DNA of 64,000 nt, taken from positions 1-64,000 of IMG/VR virus record IMGVR_UViG_3300043823_000114; one strand, written 5' to 3'. The translations under genes were made by a program, and so were the position numbers. Every line of letters begins with the position of its first letter. The stretch's first letter is position 1. Shown here in pieces: positions 48,199-58,041 of the stretch. The stretch comes from a virus. Under the pieces are notes generated by a model. The model worked only from the letters and a program-made list of their open reading frames with translations. It did not search any database and was not told the DNA's origin.

Positions 48199-50994
48199 TT
48201 ATGCTATTAAACTTTGTGGGTAATTTGTTTCTGCCAATGCTTGACTGCTAGCCAAATCTGCGATATCAACGGTAGGGGCATTATTTGCCACATTAGCCAA
48301 AGCATCTTCAGCTGGAGTTGGTTGGCTATCAGTCTGTGTTACTGCGTTTTGATCCGGGGCTTGCTCTGTACTAGATGCGGCGTCGTTGTCTGCCCCAGCA
48401 TTAGCATTGGGAGCTGCCTGAGCAGGGGTGTCAGCATTAGTTGTGGCGTTTGCAGAGTTATCACTCGGGGTTGTCGGGGCAGTTGCTTTATCGTTCCTAT
48501 TAGCATCAAGTCCCACTGGATTTTGCGCAGGGTTTGTGTTTGGACTGTCTTGCATGGGATAACGGATCATATTAAGAGTTTGAGTAAATTTGCCACCCTT
48601 AAATTCACTATCAACTTGTATTACCCTATAATATCCACTAAATTCACTTGTATGAAACTTGTTTGCACCGTTTAAATTGTACATGCCTGTAGTGTCATTA
48701 AAATCTGTCGGAGTTTTAAATGTTACATAACAATAAATCTCACCATCATCCATGTTTAAACTTTGAACATTGCTTGCAACAAATACACTGCTGGCATCTG
48801 AAGCAAGGGGAGGGGTAACATCTGGAACTATGAACAAGTCGTCTTGCTTTATAAAATGTGGATCACCTATGATCTGCATTTTCAAATTAAGCATATCACC
48901 TGCCGCACTAGTATAAATGCTTTCTAGCGCACTTTTGGCATTCTGTGTGGCACTACGGTTATTTGAGCCACCAGTACCAGTTTGCATCTGTGATCCTGTA
49001 TTGACTTTTTGTTCTGCGGCGTTGAGTCCAGATTTGCCACCTACTGTAGTTGTTCCATCCTTGTTTGTATCTTCAGGTTTGGCTGTTGTTCCAGCAGTCG
49101 ATTCAGTATTACTACGATCAATTTGTACTGCTGTAAAATACAATGCATTAAAGTCGATATCAAAATTTATTACGGCACTATTATGCCCAGTATAAAAATA
49201 ATCGTATCGTTTAACTGGCTTCGGTGGGGGACTTTTTGGGAGTCTAGGGTCCCGTTGTTGATATGCTTTGTATTTTTTAATGTTGAATTCGATAGTTTTA
49301 CCCCAAACATTCCGTTCTGTATCAAACTCTGTTAGTTTTATTTTTGGAATCACCTTCCACATGTACACAGGTGTTGCCTGTGCTTGTACTGTAGCATCAT
49401 CTGCGGCGTTTGCATTTACTGGGGTTTTGCTATCTGTATTGGAATCTTTTATTTGACTTAAAAAGAATTGACTATTTGGAATAATAGCATTGATGATTTC
49501 ATTCACTGATGTACCAGCTTCGAAACTATGAACAACAGACCCAAGATCCAATGTATTTGAATCTTGTCCTTGCTGTGCCTGCGATTCTTTTTTAACAGAT
49601 GTTTCCCCTGTTCGTTTGGCTGTATTTGTTTTGGGATCTACTATTTTAGAACCACCTATGTCTGGATCTATATTAAAAGAAATTTGATCTGCAAATTTTA
49701 CATCATTGGTGTTTTTAGATGATTTGTTCCAAGCATTGTATGCTGATGTAAAACTTTGCAGTTTAAGAGACACCTGTGCAGAATCTGATGCCGCAACTTG
49801 ACCCAATATTCGTGGGTCACGAGCCTGCCCACGAAGACTTCCGCCACCAGCTTGCCCAGAACTATATGCTTGGCTTTCTGCTTGTGTGTCCCTAAAACTG
49901 TCTACATCTTGTTGTACAGATGGTTCAGATGCTGGAGCAAAAAAATCACTCACTGTTGACGCTGTGATTTCCATTCGTGTTTTTATAGCCTGTACACTTT
50001 CGAGATTTGCGGTGTGATTGAATGGTACGGCTTGCACAGTATATTCGCTTCCCTTAACACTGGCCTTGATTTTAAAATTTATTAGCTTGATAGGGAAGTT
50101 TTTTGTTTGATTTTGAATTTTTACAGCTTTTCCACTATCATCATACCCAAAGAACTCTAGTCTCAGCAAATAAGGAATATCTAGATAGTTTTTTGCTGCC
50201 AGATTATTCAAAGACACATTCATGATACGGTCCAGTAGCGTCATACCATAAGGTTCAATGATTGTAAAATCCAGTGCAATAGCGTTTGACCCACGAGCAT
50301 TGGCATTCATGCCGATAATTGTACTGACTTTAAAACTATCAAAGTAAAAATCTTCAGTGAAGTTTGGATCACGAATATCTTTATATCTACCTGCACTACT
50401 GATCAATGCCACATTCGGTGTAAATGATGTTGGTGTATCTACTAGAGTATTGTAATCTGTCTTAGATAATGCAAATAGCGTTAACCCGTAAGTATAGCTT
50501 GTATAAGCGTCTAGCGGGTTAGACGACACCCCCGCAGTATTAGAAGACTGATTTCCACCAACGCTGACATTTGCCGCAGGAGTCGCATTATCTGCTGCCG
50601 AAGGAGTGTAGGTATTTGTTACTGTTGTCGTTGCAACAGCATCACCAGTCGATGATGCATTGGCGATGTTTTGTTGTTCTTGATCTGTTGTAGCTTCTGG
50701 TTCATCACCTGTGGGAGTTGTCGCAGGATCTGGTGCTGGCGGAACTGGAAGTGGTGCTGTTGTCAATTCACCAGTTTGAATATCATAGTATGAATTGTCA
50801 GGATCGGATCCAGGATGCACAGACTCCCACAGAGATGTTTGTGCTTCTGTAGGCTCATTCGGGCTCTTTAGTAATTCTTTATTGCCGTTGGCATCGTATC
50901 CGGTTATATATACATTGAGACCAGTCACTGAGTCTTTACCCACATAACCATAGCTAGATGTATTGGCAGTAGAGATTTTTACACTATCAGCCAT
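48199..50994 (-). CDS. Baseplate hub / tail protein (gp27-like position)
   Basis: FTIIEPYG, YDYFYTG.N..VINFDI, IIGDP, SGYYRVI.V...F..G.FTQ.L. Confidence 0.55.
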   Translation of the reverse strand: MADSVKISTANTSSYGYVGKDSVTGLNVYITGYDANGNKELLKSPNEPTEAQTSLWESVHPGSDPDNSYYDIQTGELTTAPLPVPPAPDPATTPTGDEPEATTDQEQQNIANASSTGDAVATTTVTNTYTPSAADNATPAANVSVGGNQSSNTAGVSSNPLDAYTSYTYGLTLFALSKTDYNTLVDTPTSFTPNVALISSAGRYKDIRDPNFTEDFYFDSFKVSTIIGMNANARGSNAIALDFTIIEPYGMTLLDRIMNVSLNNLAAKNYLDIPYLLRLEFFGYDDSGKAVKIQNQTKNFPIKLINFKIKASVKGSEYTVQAVPFNHTANLESVQAIKTRMEITASTVSDFFAPASEPSVQQDVDSFRDTQAESQAYSSGQAGGGSLRGQARDPRILGQVAASDSAQVSLKLQSFTSAYNAWNKSSKNTNDVKFADQISFNIDPDIGGSKIVDPKTNTAKRTGETSVKKESQAQQGQDSNTLDLGSVVHSFEAGTSVNEIINAIIPNSQFFLSQIKDSNTDSKTPVNANAADDATVQAQATPVYMWKVIPKIKLTEFDTERNVWGKTIEFNIKKYKAYQQRDPRLPKSPPPKPVKRYDYFYTGHNSAVINFDIDFNALYFTAVQIDRSNTESTAGTTAKPEDTNKDGTTTVGGKSGLNAAEQKVNTGSQMQTGTGGSNNRSATQNAKSALESIYTSAAGDMLNLKMQIIGDPHFIKQDDLFIVPDVTPPLASDASSVFVASNVQSLNMDDGEIYCYVTFKTPTDFNDTTGMYNLNGANKFHTSEFSGYYRVIQVDSEFKGGKFTQTLNMIRYPMQDSPNTNPAQNPVGLDANRNDKATAPTTPSDNSANATTNADTPAQAAPNANAGADNDAASSTEQAPDQNAVTQTDSQPTPAEDALANVANNAPTVDIADLASSQALAETNYPQSLIA

Positions 50995-50997
50995 AGA

Positions 50998-51303
50998 TTA
51001 TAGTCCCAAGTTGCTGGCCAAAGTAGTTTTCTTTGGTATCATAATAGTGACTCCAGATTGAAAATCAAAAATAGGATCATCAATGACATTTGGATTTCTG
51101 GCACGGAATACCCACCACAAAGCACTATCACCGTATAAGTCAAACGCCAGTAAATCTGGGCGAAGACTATAAGTGTTGTTTATAGTGAAACTAACATCAT
51201 CCACTTGCTTGTCTATAGGGGTATAAACTAACACATCCAAAAACTTATTACCAAATAATGGAGTATTGAAATACGGGCTAGTTTTGCTGTATTGTACTGT
51301 CAT
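50998..51303 (-). CDS. Baseplate wedge protein, gp53/LysM-like
   Basis: RPDLLAFDLYGD..LWWVF...N. Confidence 0.75.
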   Translation of the reverse strand: MTVQYSKTSPYFNTPLFGNKFLDVLVYTPIDKQVDDVSFTINNTYSLRPDLLAFDLYGDSALWWVFRARNPNVIDDPIFDFQSGVTIMIPKKTTLASNLGL

Positions 51304-52190
51304 AGGAATCCACCTTTATTTGCCAGCAACTGCCCTTGACTAAACTGCGTAAGTGACATATTCGTGGCAATATTCTGTCTGCTGTATACAGGTTGTAATG
51401 TTACATTGAACGAACTTGTTGTTGGTACTCTGGCAGTTTGTTTACCGCTGTTAGCATAATAACTAGTCGCAACGGCTTTTGAATCATTGCCCTGTGAATA
51501 TGCAATTTCCATATAGTCCACTTCTGCTGGCATAGTATGCTGAAAACTCGTCACAACACAAGTAACATTTGGGAAATAGTAATCCCCGTAGCCATTTAAG
51601 TAAACGATCGGCGGAGGATTACCTGCATCTGCATCACTACCAAAGAACATTTTTGTACAGCTTCGGAAGAAATACACTGCCGCTAGTACATAAAGAGCTT
51701 CGTCTTTGTTCTGAACTGTGAAATCACCAACAATGTTGATAGCGGCAACATCACTGCCTTCATAGAAATAATTTTTATAGTTATTATGAGTTAATGCTTG
51801 TTCTTGATATCTTGCATTATGTGTAACTGTGATACTGGGGGTATATGGAAATACTACCCCATTTGTTCTAGACAAGATGTTCAAGAATGGGTTCGATGTG
51901 TCATAATGTAAGCTACTTTTTGTGGGCAAGCTAATCTTTACTCGCCAATCTTTTATCTGTGACGCCCCAGCCCCACCATTACTATTTCCGCCCAATGGGT
52001 TGATGTTAACTGTGGGTGCTTTGCCAGTTATAAAACTAGATATACCACCAGACATTAATCCTGATAGTTGAGTTCGTATTTTTCCCGGGTCAAGCAAACT
52101 TGCGGCAGTGTCTAACACTCCACCCGTAGTGTCACCGGCAGATGGACCTTGCTGTGATGAACTTCCTAAAATATTGTCAAAAATCGACAT
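51300..52190 (-). CDS. Baseplate tail-tube initiator/cap (gp48/gp54-like)
   Basis: FPYTP.I, GNPPP.V.L.GYG, VVTSF motifs; position next to gp53-like gene. Confidence 0.55.
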   Translation of the reverse strand: MSIFDNILGSSSQQGPSAGDTTGGVLDTAASLLDPGKIRTQLSGLMSGGISSFITGKAPTVNINPLGGNSNGGAGASQIKDWRVKISLPTKSSLHYDTSNPFLNILSRTNGVVFPYTPSITVTHNARYQEQALTHNNYKNYFYEGSDVAAINIVGDFTVQNKDEALYVLAAVYFFRSCTKMFFGSDADAGNPPPIVYLNGYGDYYFPNVTCVVTSFQHTMPAEVDYMEIAYSQGNDSKAVATSYYANSGKQTARVPTTSSFNVTLQPVYSRQNIATNMSLTQFSQGQLLANKGGFL

Positions 52191-52211
52191 AAGTAACTAT
52201 ACCCTTTCATA

Positions 52212-52219
52212 TATTTATT
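52212..52219 (-). promoter_or_regulatory. T4-like late promoter AATAAATA heading the baseplate/tail genes
   Basis: Same box on the minus strand at 44938-44945, 44516-44523, 28627-28634, 27557-27564 and 21715-21722 (CATAAATA), each just above a late gene start. Confidence 0.65.
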
Positions 52220-52252
52220 ATTAAGCATTAAGTGCTAATATAATAAAAAGCC

Positions 52253-52281
52253 TTGACAAATATGTAATACTTTGCTATTAT
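52253..52281 (+). promoter_or_regulatory. Sigma70-type promoter TTGACA-N17-TATTAT with extended -10 TG
   Basis: Directly upstream of the gp55-like gene. Confidence 0.7.
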
Positions 52282-52304
52282 TGTCACAGTTTTAGGAAAC
52301 TACA

Positions 52305-53186
52305 TTGAAAACAAATTACTTAAACAACAAGGATATTCTCAAAGAAATCCACAAAAGCAAAACAACCTACTGCAAATACACAGACCAAGTTTATGCTGAT
52401 TACGATATGATTTTACCCGATTTTAGTAAAATCAACAAGAAAAATACATTGGAAGCTAGAAAACTTCGAGCAGAACGATTGGCAAAAGTCGCACACGAAG
52501 CGGCAACTGCTGATGGAACTAAACGAAAACTAGACGAATTTGAAGTGAAACTCAAAGATGTCAAAGATACCGATGTAGTATTTCGAGTTATGACTTGGGA
52601 ACATATACCGTTAGACGATGTAAAAACCCGTAAAGCGAGAATGGCTGCTCTTGATATTGAGGACGAAAACGATCCATTATTGGACGGATTCGATGAAAAT
52701 GATACAGAGCACAACAAATATGTCAAAGTCAACTTTCCCCCGTTTCAACATTATAAACTAGATGAAAATGGGGAACCTTATTGCGTGGGTAAAAGTCATT
52801 GGAAAGGATCTTTGGAAGATGGTGAGTTCAACAAAGATCACGGGAAGATGACCAATAAGCTCGCTAATATGTATATCAAGTTATGCGAGCGTTATGCTAC
52901 CCGTAGTAACTGGCGTGGATACACTTACAACGATGAAATGAGAGCACAGGCATTGCTTCAACTAACTTACATTGGTCTACGATTTGATGAAGCCAAATCA
53001 CAGAATCCATTTGCTTATTACACTGCCGCTGTTACTAATAGCTTTACCCGTGTTCTAAACATTGAGAAGCGTAACCAGAATATCCGTGATGACATTTTAG
53101 AGATGAATGGTCTGAACCCAAGTTATACTCGTCAGGGTATGAGTGGCGGATATGTTCATTACGAGGGTGGTAACCATGATGATTGA
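52305..53186 (+). CDS. Late-transcription sigma factor, T4 gp55-like
   Basis: YLNNKD...NWRGYTYNDEM...FD..KS.NPFAYYT....NSF.R; TTG start after AGGA; late boxes throughout the window. Confidence 0.8.
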   Translation: MKTNYLNNKDILKEIHKSKTTYCKYTDQVYADYDMILPDFSKINKKNTLEARKLRAERLAKVAHEAATADGTKRKLDEFEVKLKDVKDTDVVFRVMTWEHIPLDDVKTRKARMAALDIEDENDPLLDGFDENDTEHNKYVKVNFPPFQHYKLDENGEPYCVGKSHWKGSLEDGEFNKDHGKMTNKLANMYIKLCERYATRSNWRGYTYNDEMRAQALLQLTYIGLRFDEAKSQNPFAYYTAAVTNSFTRVLNIEKRNQNIRDDILEMNGLNPSYTRQGMSGGYVHYEGGNHDD

Positions 53187-53212
53187 CTTTAGTCTATCAT
53201 TTTTGTTACACT
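53183..53212 (+). promoter_or_regulatory. Sigma70-type promoter TTGACT-N18-TACACT
   Basis: -10 box ends 6 nt before the gp47-like ATG. Confidence 0.5.
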
Positions 53213-53218
53213 CATTGA

Positions 53219-54235
53219 ATGAGTAATCTATTTAAAAAAGCCGCCCTGATAACGGACATACATTTTGGCCTAAAGTCAAACAGTTCTCTACACAATGAGG
53301 ATTGTTTGGCTTTTGTCAAATGGGCCACTGCCAAAGCACGAGAAGAAGGTTGCGAAACTTGTTTCTTTTTGGGTGATTGGCACAATAACCGTGCTAGTAT
53401 CAACATCTTAACACTACAGTATAGTTTACAAGCACTAGAGCATTTGAATGATAATTTTTCAAATGTTTATTTTATTCCTGGCAATCACGATCTCTATTAT
53501 CGGGATAAGCGTGATGTGCAAAGTGTCGAATGGGCAAAGCATCTCTCTAATATACAGATTTGCAACGATTGGTTTGACAGCGGCGATGTTGTTATTGCTC
53601 CTTGGCTATGTGGTGATGATCATAAACATCTACGCAAGTTAAAGGGCAAGTATCTATTTGGGCATCTTGAACTTCCAGGTTACTTGATGAACGCAATGGT
53701 AGCGATGCCAGAGCATGGGGAATTCAGAACCGATGACTTGAATCATTTCGAGCATTGTTTCACTGGACATTTTCACAAGAGACAGACTAGAAAGAATGTT
53801 ACTTACATTGGTAACTGTTTCCCACACAACTACGCAGATGCAGGGGATGATGACAGAGGATTATCTATATTAGAATGGGGCAAAGATCCAGAATACCATG
53901 CTTGGCCCGATCAACCCCGGTATCGTGTATTTCAGTTAAGCGATGTTCTAAAGAATACAGAATCTATGCTTCTGCCCAATATGCATGTCAGAGTAAATCT
54001 TGACATAGATATCAGCTATGAAGAAGCCGCATTTATCAAAGAAACATTCATTGATACATATAAGCTCCGTGAGATTACCTTAATTCCAGCTAAAGTCACC
54101 GATTTAACTGACTATGAGTTGCAGGGTAATATAGAATTTGAGAGTGTTGATCAGATTGTTACTGGTCAACTCACAAATATCGAAAGCGACAAGTTTAACA
54201 AAACTCTACTACTAGACATCTACAGAAATCTTTAA
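53219..54235 (+). CDS. Recombination nuclease subunit, T4 gp47 / Mre11-SbcD-like
   Basis: DIHFG, LGDW, GNHD, GHLE, GHFH phosphoesterase motifs. Confidence 0.9.
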   Translation: MSNLFKKAALITDIHFGLKSNSSLHNEDCLAFVKWATAKAREEGCETCFFLGDWHNNRASINILTLQYSLQALEHLNDNFSNVYFIPGNHDLYYRDKRDVQSVEWAKHLSNIQICNDWFDSGDVVIAPWLCGDDHKHLRKLKGKYLFGHLELPGYLMNAMVAMPEHGEFRTDDLNHFEHCFTGHFHKRQTRKNVTYIGNCFPHNYADAGDDDRGLSILEWGKDPEYHAWPDQPRYRVFQLSDVLKNTESMLLPNMHVRVNLDIDISYEEAAFIKETFIDTYKLREITLIPAKVTDLTDYELQGNIEFESVDQIVTGQLTNIESDKFNKTLLLDIYRNL

Positions 54236-56007
54236 TGACATTTAAAATACGAGACCTCGCAGTTAAAAACTTTATGAGTGTGGGTAATGCCACACAAGCA
54301 ATCAACTTTGATCGTCGTGACCTAACACTTGTTCTGGGTGAGAACTTAGACTTGGGTGGGGACGATAGTGGTGCAAGAAATGGTACAGGTAAGACTACTA
54401 TCATCAATGCACTGAGTTATGCGTTATACGGTAATGCTCTAACAAACATCAAGAAAGACAATCTTATCAACAAGACCAATGGTAAGAATATGATTGTGAC
54501 TATTGATTTTGAGTGCAATGGTATTGACTATCGCATCGAGCGTGGTCGTAAACCTGGCATTATGAAGTTCTTTGTCTCTGGTACAGAGCGAGAAATTACA
54601 GACGAAGCGCAAGGTGATAGCAGAGAAACACAAGCAGAAATAGAGCGTATGTTGGGCATGAGTCACGAAATGTTTAAACACATCGTTGCTCTAAACACAT
54701 ACACAGAACCATTTTTAAGTTTAAAAGCTAACGATCAACGACAGATGATCGAACAGTTATTGGGTATTACTTTGCTCAGTGAAAAAGCAGATAAGCTAAA
54801 AGAACAGATTAAAGAAACCAAAGACTTGATTACTAAAGAAGAATTTAGAATCAAGGCTGTGGGTGATGCAAACAAACGAATACAGGATCAAATCGATGCT
54901 TTACTTAGACGCCAGAATTTATGGACCACTAAGATACATGACGATGTTACAGCGTTGCAGTCTGCTTATGATCAACTTGCTAAACTTGATATCGAGTCCG
55001 AACTCAGGGCACATCAGAGTCTGGCAATATTCAATGCTAAGTCAAAGCGCATCAACGAACTCAACAACTGGATTAGGCGTTGTGAACTTGATGAACAGCG
55101 TGAGCAGAAAAATATTGACAAACTCAAGAAGGATATTGAAAGTCTAGAGAATCATACTTGCCACAGTTGTGGGCAAGCATTTCACGATGACAAGCAAGAA
55201 AAGCTATTAGAAGAAAAACGCACTGCACTACAGGAAGCCGCATTACAAGCATTGTCAACAAACACTCAGTGGATGGAACACACTGATGCCCTTAAAGAAC
55301 TGGGTGAGTTGGGTACAGTTCCAAAAGTATATTACGATAGTGAAAGTGATGCGTTTGAACATCGAAGTAGTATGGGTGCATTGTTGGCTCAAATGAGTGC
55401 TAAACAAGCAGAACAAGATCCATATACTGATCAAATTGCAGAGATGAGAGAACAGGCTCTAGAAGAAATCAGTTTTGATACAATGAACGCACTGGATGAC
55501 TTAAAGAATCACCAAGAGTTCTTGCATAAGTTATTGACTAACAAAGATAGCTTTATCCGTAAACGAATCATTGATCAAAACTTGAGCTACTTAAATGGTC
55601 GTTTAGGTCAGTATCTTGATCGCATTGGATTACCGCACACAGTTAAGTTTAACAATGACTTGACTGTAAGTATCACTGAACTAGGTAGAGATTTAGACTT
55701 TGACAACTTGAGTAGGGGCGAGCGTAATCGTTTGATTCTTAGCTTGAGTTGGGCATTCCGTGATGTATGGGAATCATTATATCAACCCATCAACTTGTTG
55801 TTTATTGATGAGCTTGTTGACAGTGGTATGGATAGTTCGGGCGTTGAAAATGCTCTTGCTATTCTCAAGAAGATGAGCAGAGATCACAATAAGAGTATTT
55901 GGCTAGTCAGTCACAAAGACGAACTAGCAGGACGGGTAAATAACACCTTAAAAGTTGTTAAGGAAAACGGCTACACAAGTTATAATACAGATGTAGAAAT
56001 AGTTTAA
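54235..56007 (+). CDS. Recombination ATPase, T4 gp46 / Rad50-SbcC-like
   Basis: KNFMSVG, NGTGKTT, CHSC zinc hook, LSRGE, LLFIDE, SHK. Confidence 0.92.
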   Translation: MTFKIRDLAVKNFMSVGNATQAINFDRRDLTLVLGENLDLGGDDSGARNGTGKTTIINALSYALYGNALTNIKKDNLINKTNGKNMIVTIDFECNGIDYRIERGRKPGIMKFFVSGTEREITDEAQGDSRETQAEIERMLGMSHEMFKHIVALNTYTEPFLSLKANDQRQMIEQLLGITLLSEKADKLKEQIKETKDLITKEEFRIKAVGDANKRIQDQIDALLRRQNLWTTKIHDDVTALQSAYDQLAKLDIESELRAHQSLAIFNAKSKRINELNNWIRRCELDEQREQKNIDKLKKDIESLENHTCHSCGQAFHDDKQEKLLEEKRTALQEAALQALSTNTQWMEHTDALKELGELGTVPKVYYDSESDAFEHRSSMGALLAQMSAKQAEQDPYTDQIAEMREQALEEISFDTMNALDDLKNHQEFLHKLLTNKDSFIRKRIIDQNLSYLNGRLGQYLDRIGLPHTVKFNNDLTVSITELGRDLDFDNLSRGERNRLILSLSWAFRDVWESLYQPINLLFIDELVDSGMDSSGVENALAILKKMSRDHNKSIWLVSHKDELAGRVNNTLKVVKENGYTSYNTDVEIV

Positions 56008-56048
56008 TATATTTTTAATCAGGGCACATTTAGGCATAACTATAGTTG

Positions 56049-56489
56049 ATGACATGGATATTTCAAGGAAACCCTGTAGAAGTTTTACCCGATGACTGCG
56101 TGGGCTTCGTATATCTCATCACCAATTGTATATCAGGGCGCAAATACATAGGCAAAAAACTCTCAAAATTTTCTAAAACAACATATAAAACAGTCAAACT
56201 CAAAAACGGCAATAAGAAACGCAAGAAAATTAAATCAAAGATAGATAGCGACTGGCTCACATATTATGGCTCAAATCTCGAACTCAGTAAAGATGTAATA
56301 GCATTGGGTGCTGAAAATTTTACAAGGGAAATACTATACCTTTGTAAAAGTAAAGCAGAATGTAGTTATATTGAGGCACGAGAACAATTCACAAACAAAG
56401 TTTTAGAAAGCTCAGACTGGTACAATGGACAGATATCAGTCAGAGTACATGGCTCCCACATTCTCAATAAAATTCAGTTAAACGGTTAA
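56049..56489 (+). CDS. Small GIY-YIG endonuclease (catalytic domain only)
   Basis: GFVYLITN...RKYIGKK, YYGS, F.REIL, YIE, WYN. Confidence 0.85.
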   Translation: MTWIFQGNPVEVLPDDCVGFVYLITNCISGRKYIGKKLSKFSKTTYKTVKLKNGNKKRKKIKSKIDSDWLTYYGSNLELSKDVIALGAENFTREILYLCKSKAECSYIEAREQFTNKVLESSDWYNGQISVRVHGSHILNKIQLNG

Positions 56490-56926
56490 GGCTCACACAG
56501 GCCAATTTCTTGTGTATATGATAAGAGGACCCAGGGTCGCTCGGACATAAATCTCTGCCGTTAAGAGTGCTCAACCACTACCCATTTGGATGAAGACAGC
56601 TAATGCCGCTGTTTGGTTGCTTGAATAGGAATAATTATGGCTAAAAAGACGACACAGCGATGTGTCACGGTTATTATGTAAGTTAGCGTTTATATAATAA
56701 CTCGCCGTTGAAAAAGACGGGGATGGAGGTACCGGTCAACCGCCTCTGCTAAACACCCCAACGCTAAGTGATGTGCTACTCGGATGAAGGCAACTTCAAA
56801 CTTTTTGCCCGGGAAACCGGGCAAAGTGTGACGATTAATCTGGATGAATAGCCCATCGCTCCGCGAGAATACCGATGATAAATGTTGTTGAGCGATAGCG
56901 AAAACAACAGATGTGCTTTGCACATC
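56490..56926 (+). ncRNA. Candidate large structured RNA
   Basis: Longest non-coding gap in the window; about ten stems; GNRA-capped hairpins at 56651-56666 (GCGA), 56785-56798 (GCAA) and 56804-56825 (GAAA); 8-nt loop complement 56683-56690/56760-56767. Confidence 0.65.
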
Positions 56927-57145
56927 TCAAAAGAATGGAAGCCCAGACTTCTTAGTTGTTTCTAAATGACCCTTGACGATATCTGAAATAATAGTTCTTT
57001 CTTCAAGACTTAGTATCATTGCTTCGTCATAGGTGATACTTCCCCGCATATACCAACACAGTGATAAGATTTCATGTTTGAGGGCTTTTGCTGATTCCTC
57101 AATCTTATTAATCTCCTCTAAGATTTCGGAGTCAGACATCCGCAA
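56927..57145 (-). CDS. gp51-like / tail assembly chaperone C-terminal part
   Basis: LCWYMRGSITYDEAM.LS.EER; lies in the -1 frame of the upstream gene. Confidence 0.65.
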   Translation of the reverse strand: MRMSDSEILEEINKIEESAKALKHEILSLCWYMRGSITYDEAMILSLEERTIISDIVKGHLETTKKSGLPFF

Positions 57146-57150
57146 AAGCC

Positions 57151-57993
57151 TTATCCGAAAAAACTGCTCTGATCAAATGTGAGATTAGTTTTGAACTCTT
57201 TCTGGCATTCTTCATTTGCACAGGTCAATGTCAGTGGTGGAATTTTATAGAAATTCGTTAGTTCTTCCATAGAGTCTTTGACACTAGAGTATACAGCACG
57301 ACTACAGCTTTCTAGAAACTCTGCAATCATTTCTCTATCTTTTACTTCAATACCATCTTCGGTAGTAACGCTATAAATCCCATCAATAACTAGATTTAGA
57401 TTCAACTCACGGATCTTGTTAAAACTAAAATTGAAGTTTGCCAGTTTCTGCTCTTCGGTTAGTTCTTCATTTTTAATAATGTTTTGAATCAGCTTCTCTT
57501 GTTCAAAGTTAATCATATTGGCATTGTTCATATTCTTATACATTTGTGGTCTGAACTTAAAAGTTAGTCCGTCAAAGTTGTATGATTTAGAATAATCTGC
57601 TTTACCAACACTGTCTAGTACAGCATTTAAGTCTACGCTGTATTCGTCGGACTGATTGCAATGTGGGCAAGTACTATTGAAATCCATCGCTTTACCATAA
57701 CTTGCCAATCTCATTGCAATGAATATTGGGTCTAGGTCCACTGCTGGGATTTCCCATGGATCTTTGATTGCTGGACAGCAACTCTTAATCACATCTGCAA
57801 TAGCTTGCCCACTGAGTAATGCGTCTGGAGTTTTTAGTGATAGTTCATCTCGGACTGTCATTGGGTACACTGGAATAGTACCGTTTGCAGCCAGTTCTAA
57901 TCCGTTTTCGCTGTAAAAGCGCCCTTTACTGGGTAAGCTGAGATAAAGTGCAGGCTGTCTGAAATGTTTTGCCAATGGATTAGCGGTAACCAT
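57151..57993 (-). CDS. Baseplate hub assembly protein, gp26-like
   Basis: LPSKG..Y, YPMT..DE, D.D.IFIA.R.AS.G, CPHC, C..EEC, ends SFF. Confidence 0.75.
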   Translation of the reverse strand: MVTANPLAKHFRQPALYLSLPSKGRFYSENGLELAANGTIPVYPMTVRDELSLKTPDALLSGQAIADVIKSCCPAIKDPWEIPAVDLDPIFIAMRLASYGKAMDFNSTCPHCNQSDEYSVDLNAVLDSVGKADYSKSYNFDGLTFKFRPQMYKNMNNANMINFEQEKLIQNIIKNEELTEEQKLANFNFSFNKIRELNLNLVIDGIYSVTTEDGIEVKDREMIAEFLESCSRAVYSSVKDSMEELTNFYKIPPLTLTCANEECQKEFKTNLTFDQSSFFG

Positions 57994-58005
57994 AGTTTGA
58001 ACTCC

Positions 58006-58032
58006 AATAAATATATGTATTGAATATTTATA
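58006..58032. promoter_or_regulatory. Face-to-face late promoters: AATAAATA (+, 58006-58013) and TATAAATA (-, 58025-58032)
   Basis: Both lie in the 48-bp gap between divergent genes. Confidence 0.6.
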
Positions 58033-58041
58033 GGGTAGAAT

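Noticed and set aside
56490-56926. tRNA, tmRNA, RNase P, group I intron or hammerhead identity; also ORF 56690-56923
   Set aside because: Their diagnostic conserved sequences were not found by eye; the ORF is antisense to the GNRA-bearing strand and has no recognisable features
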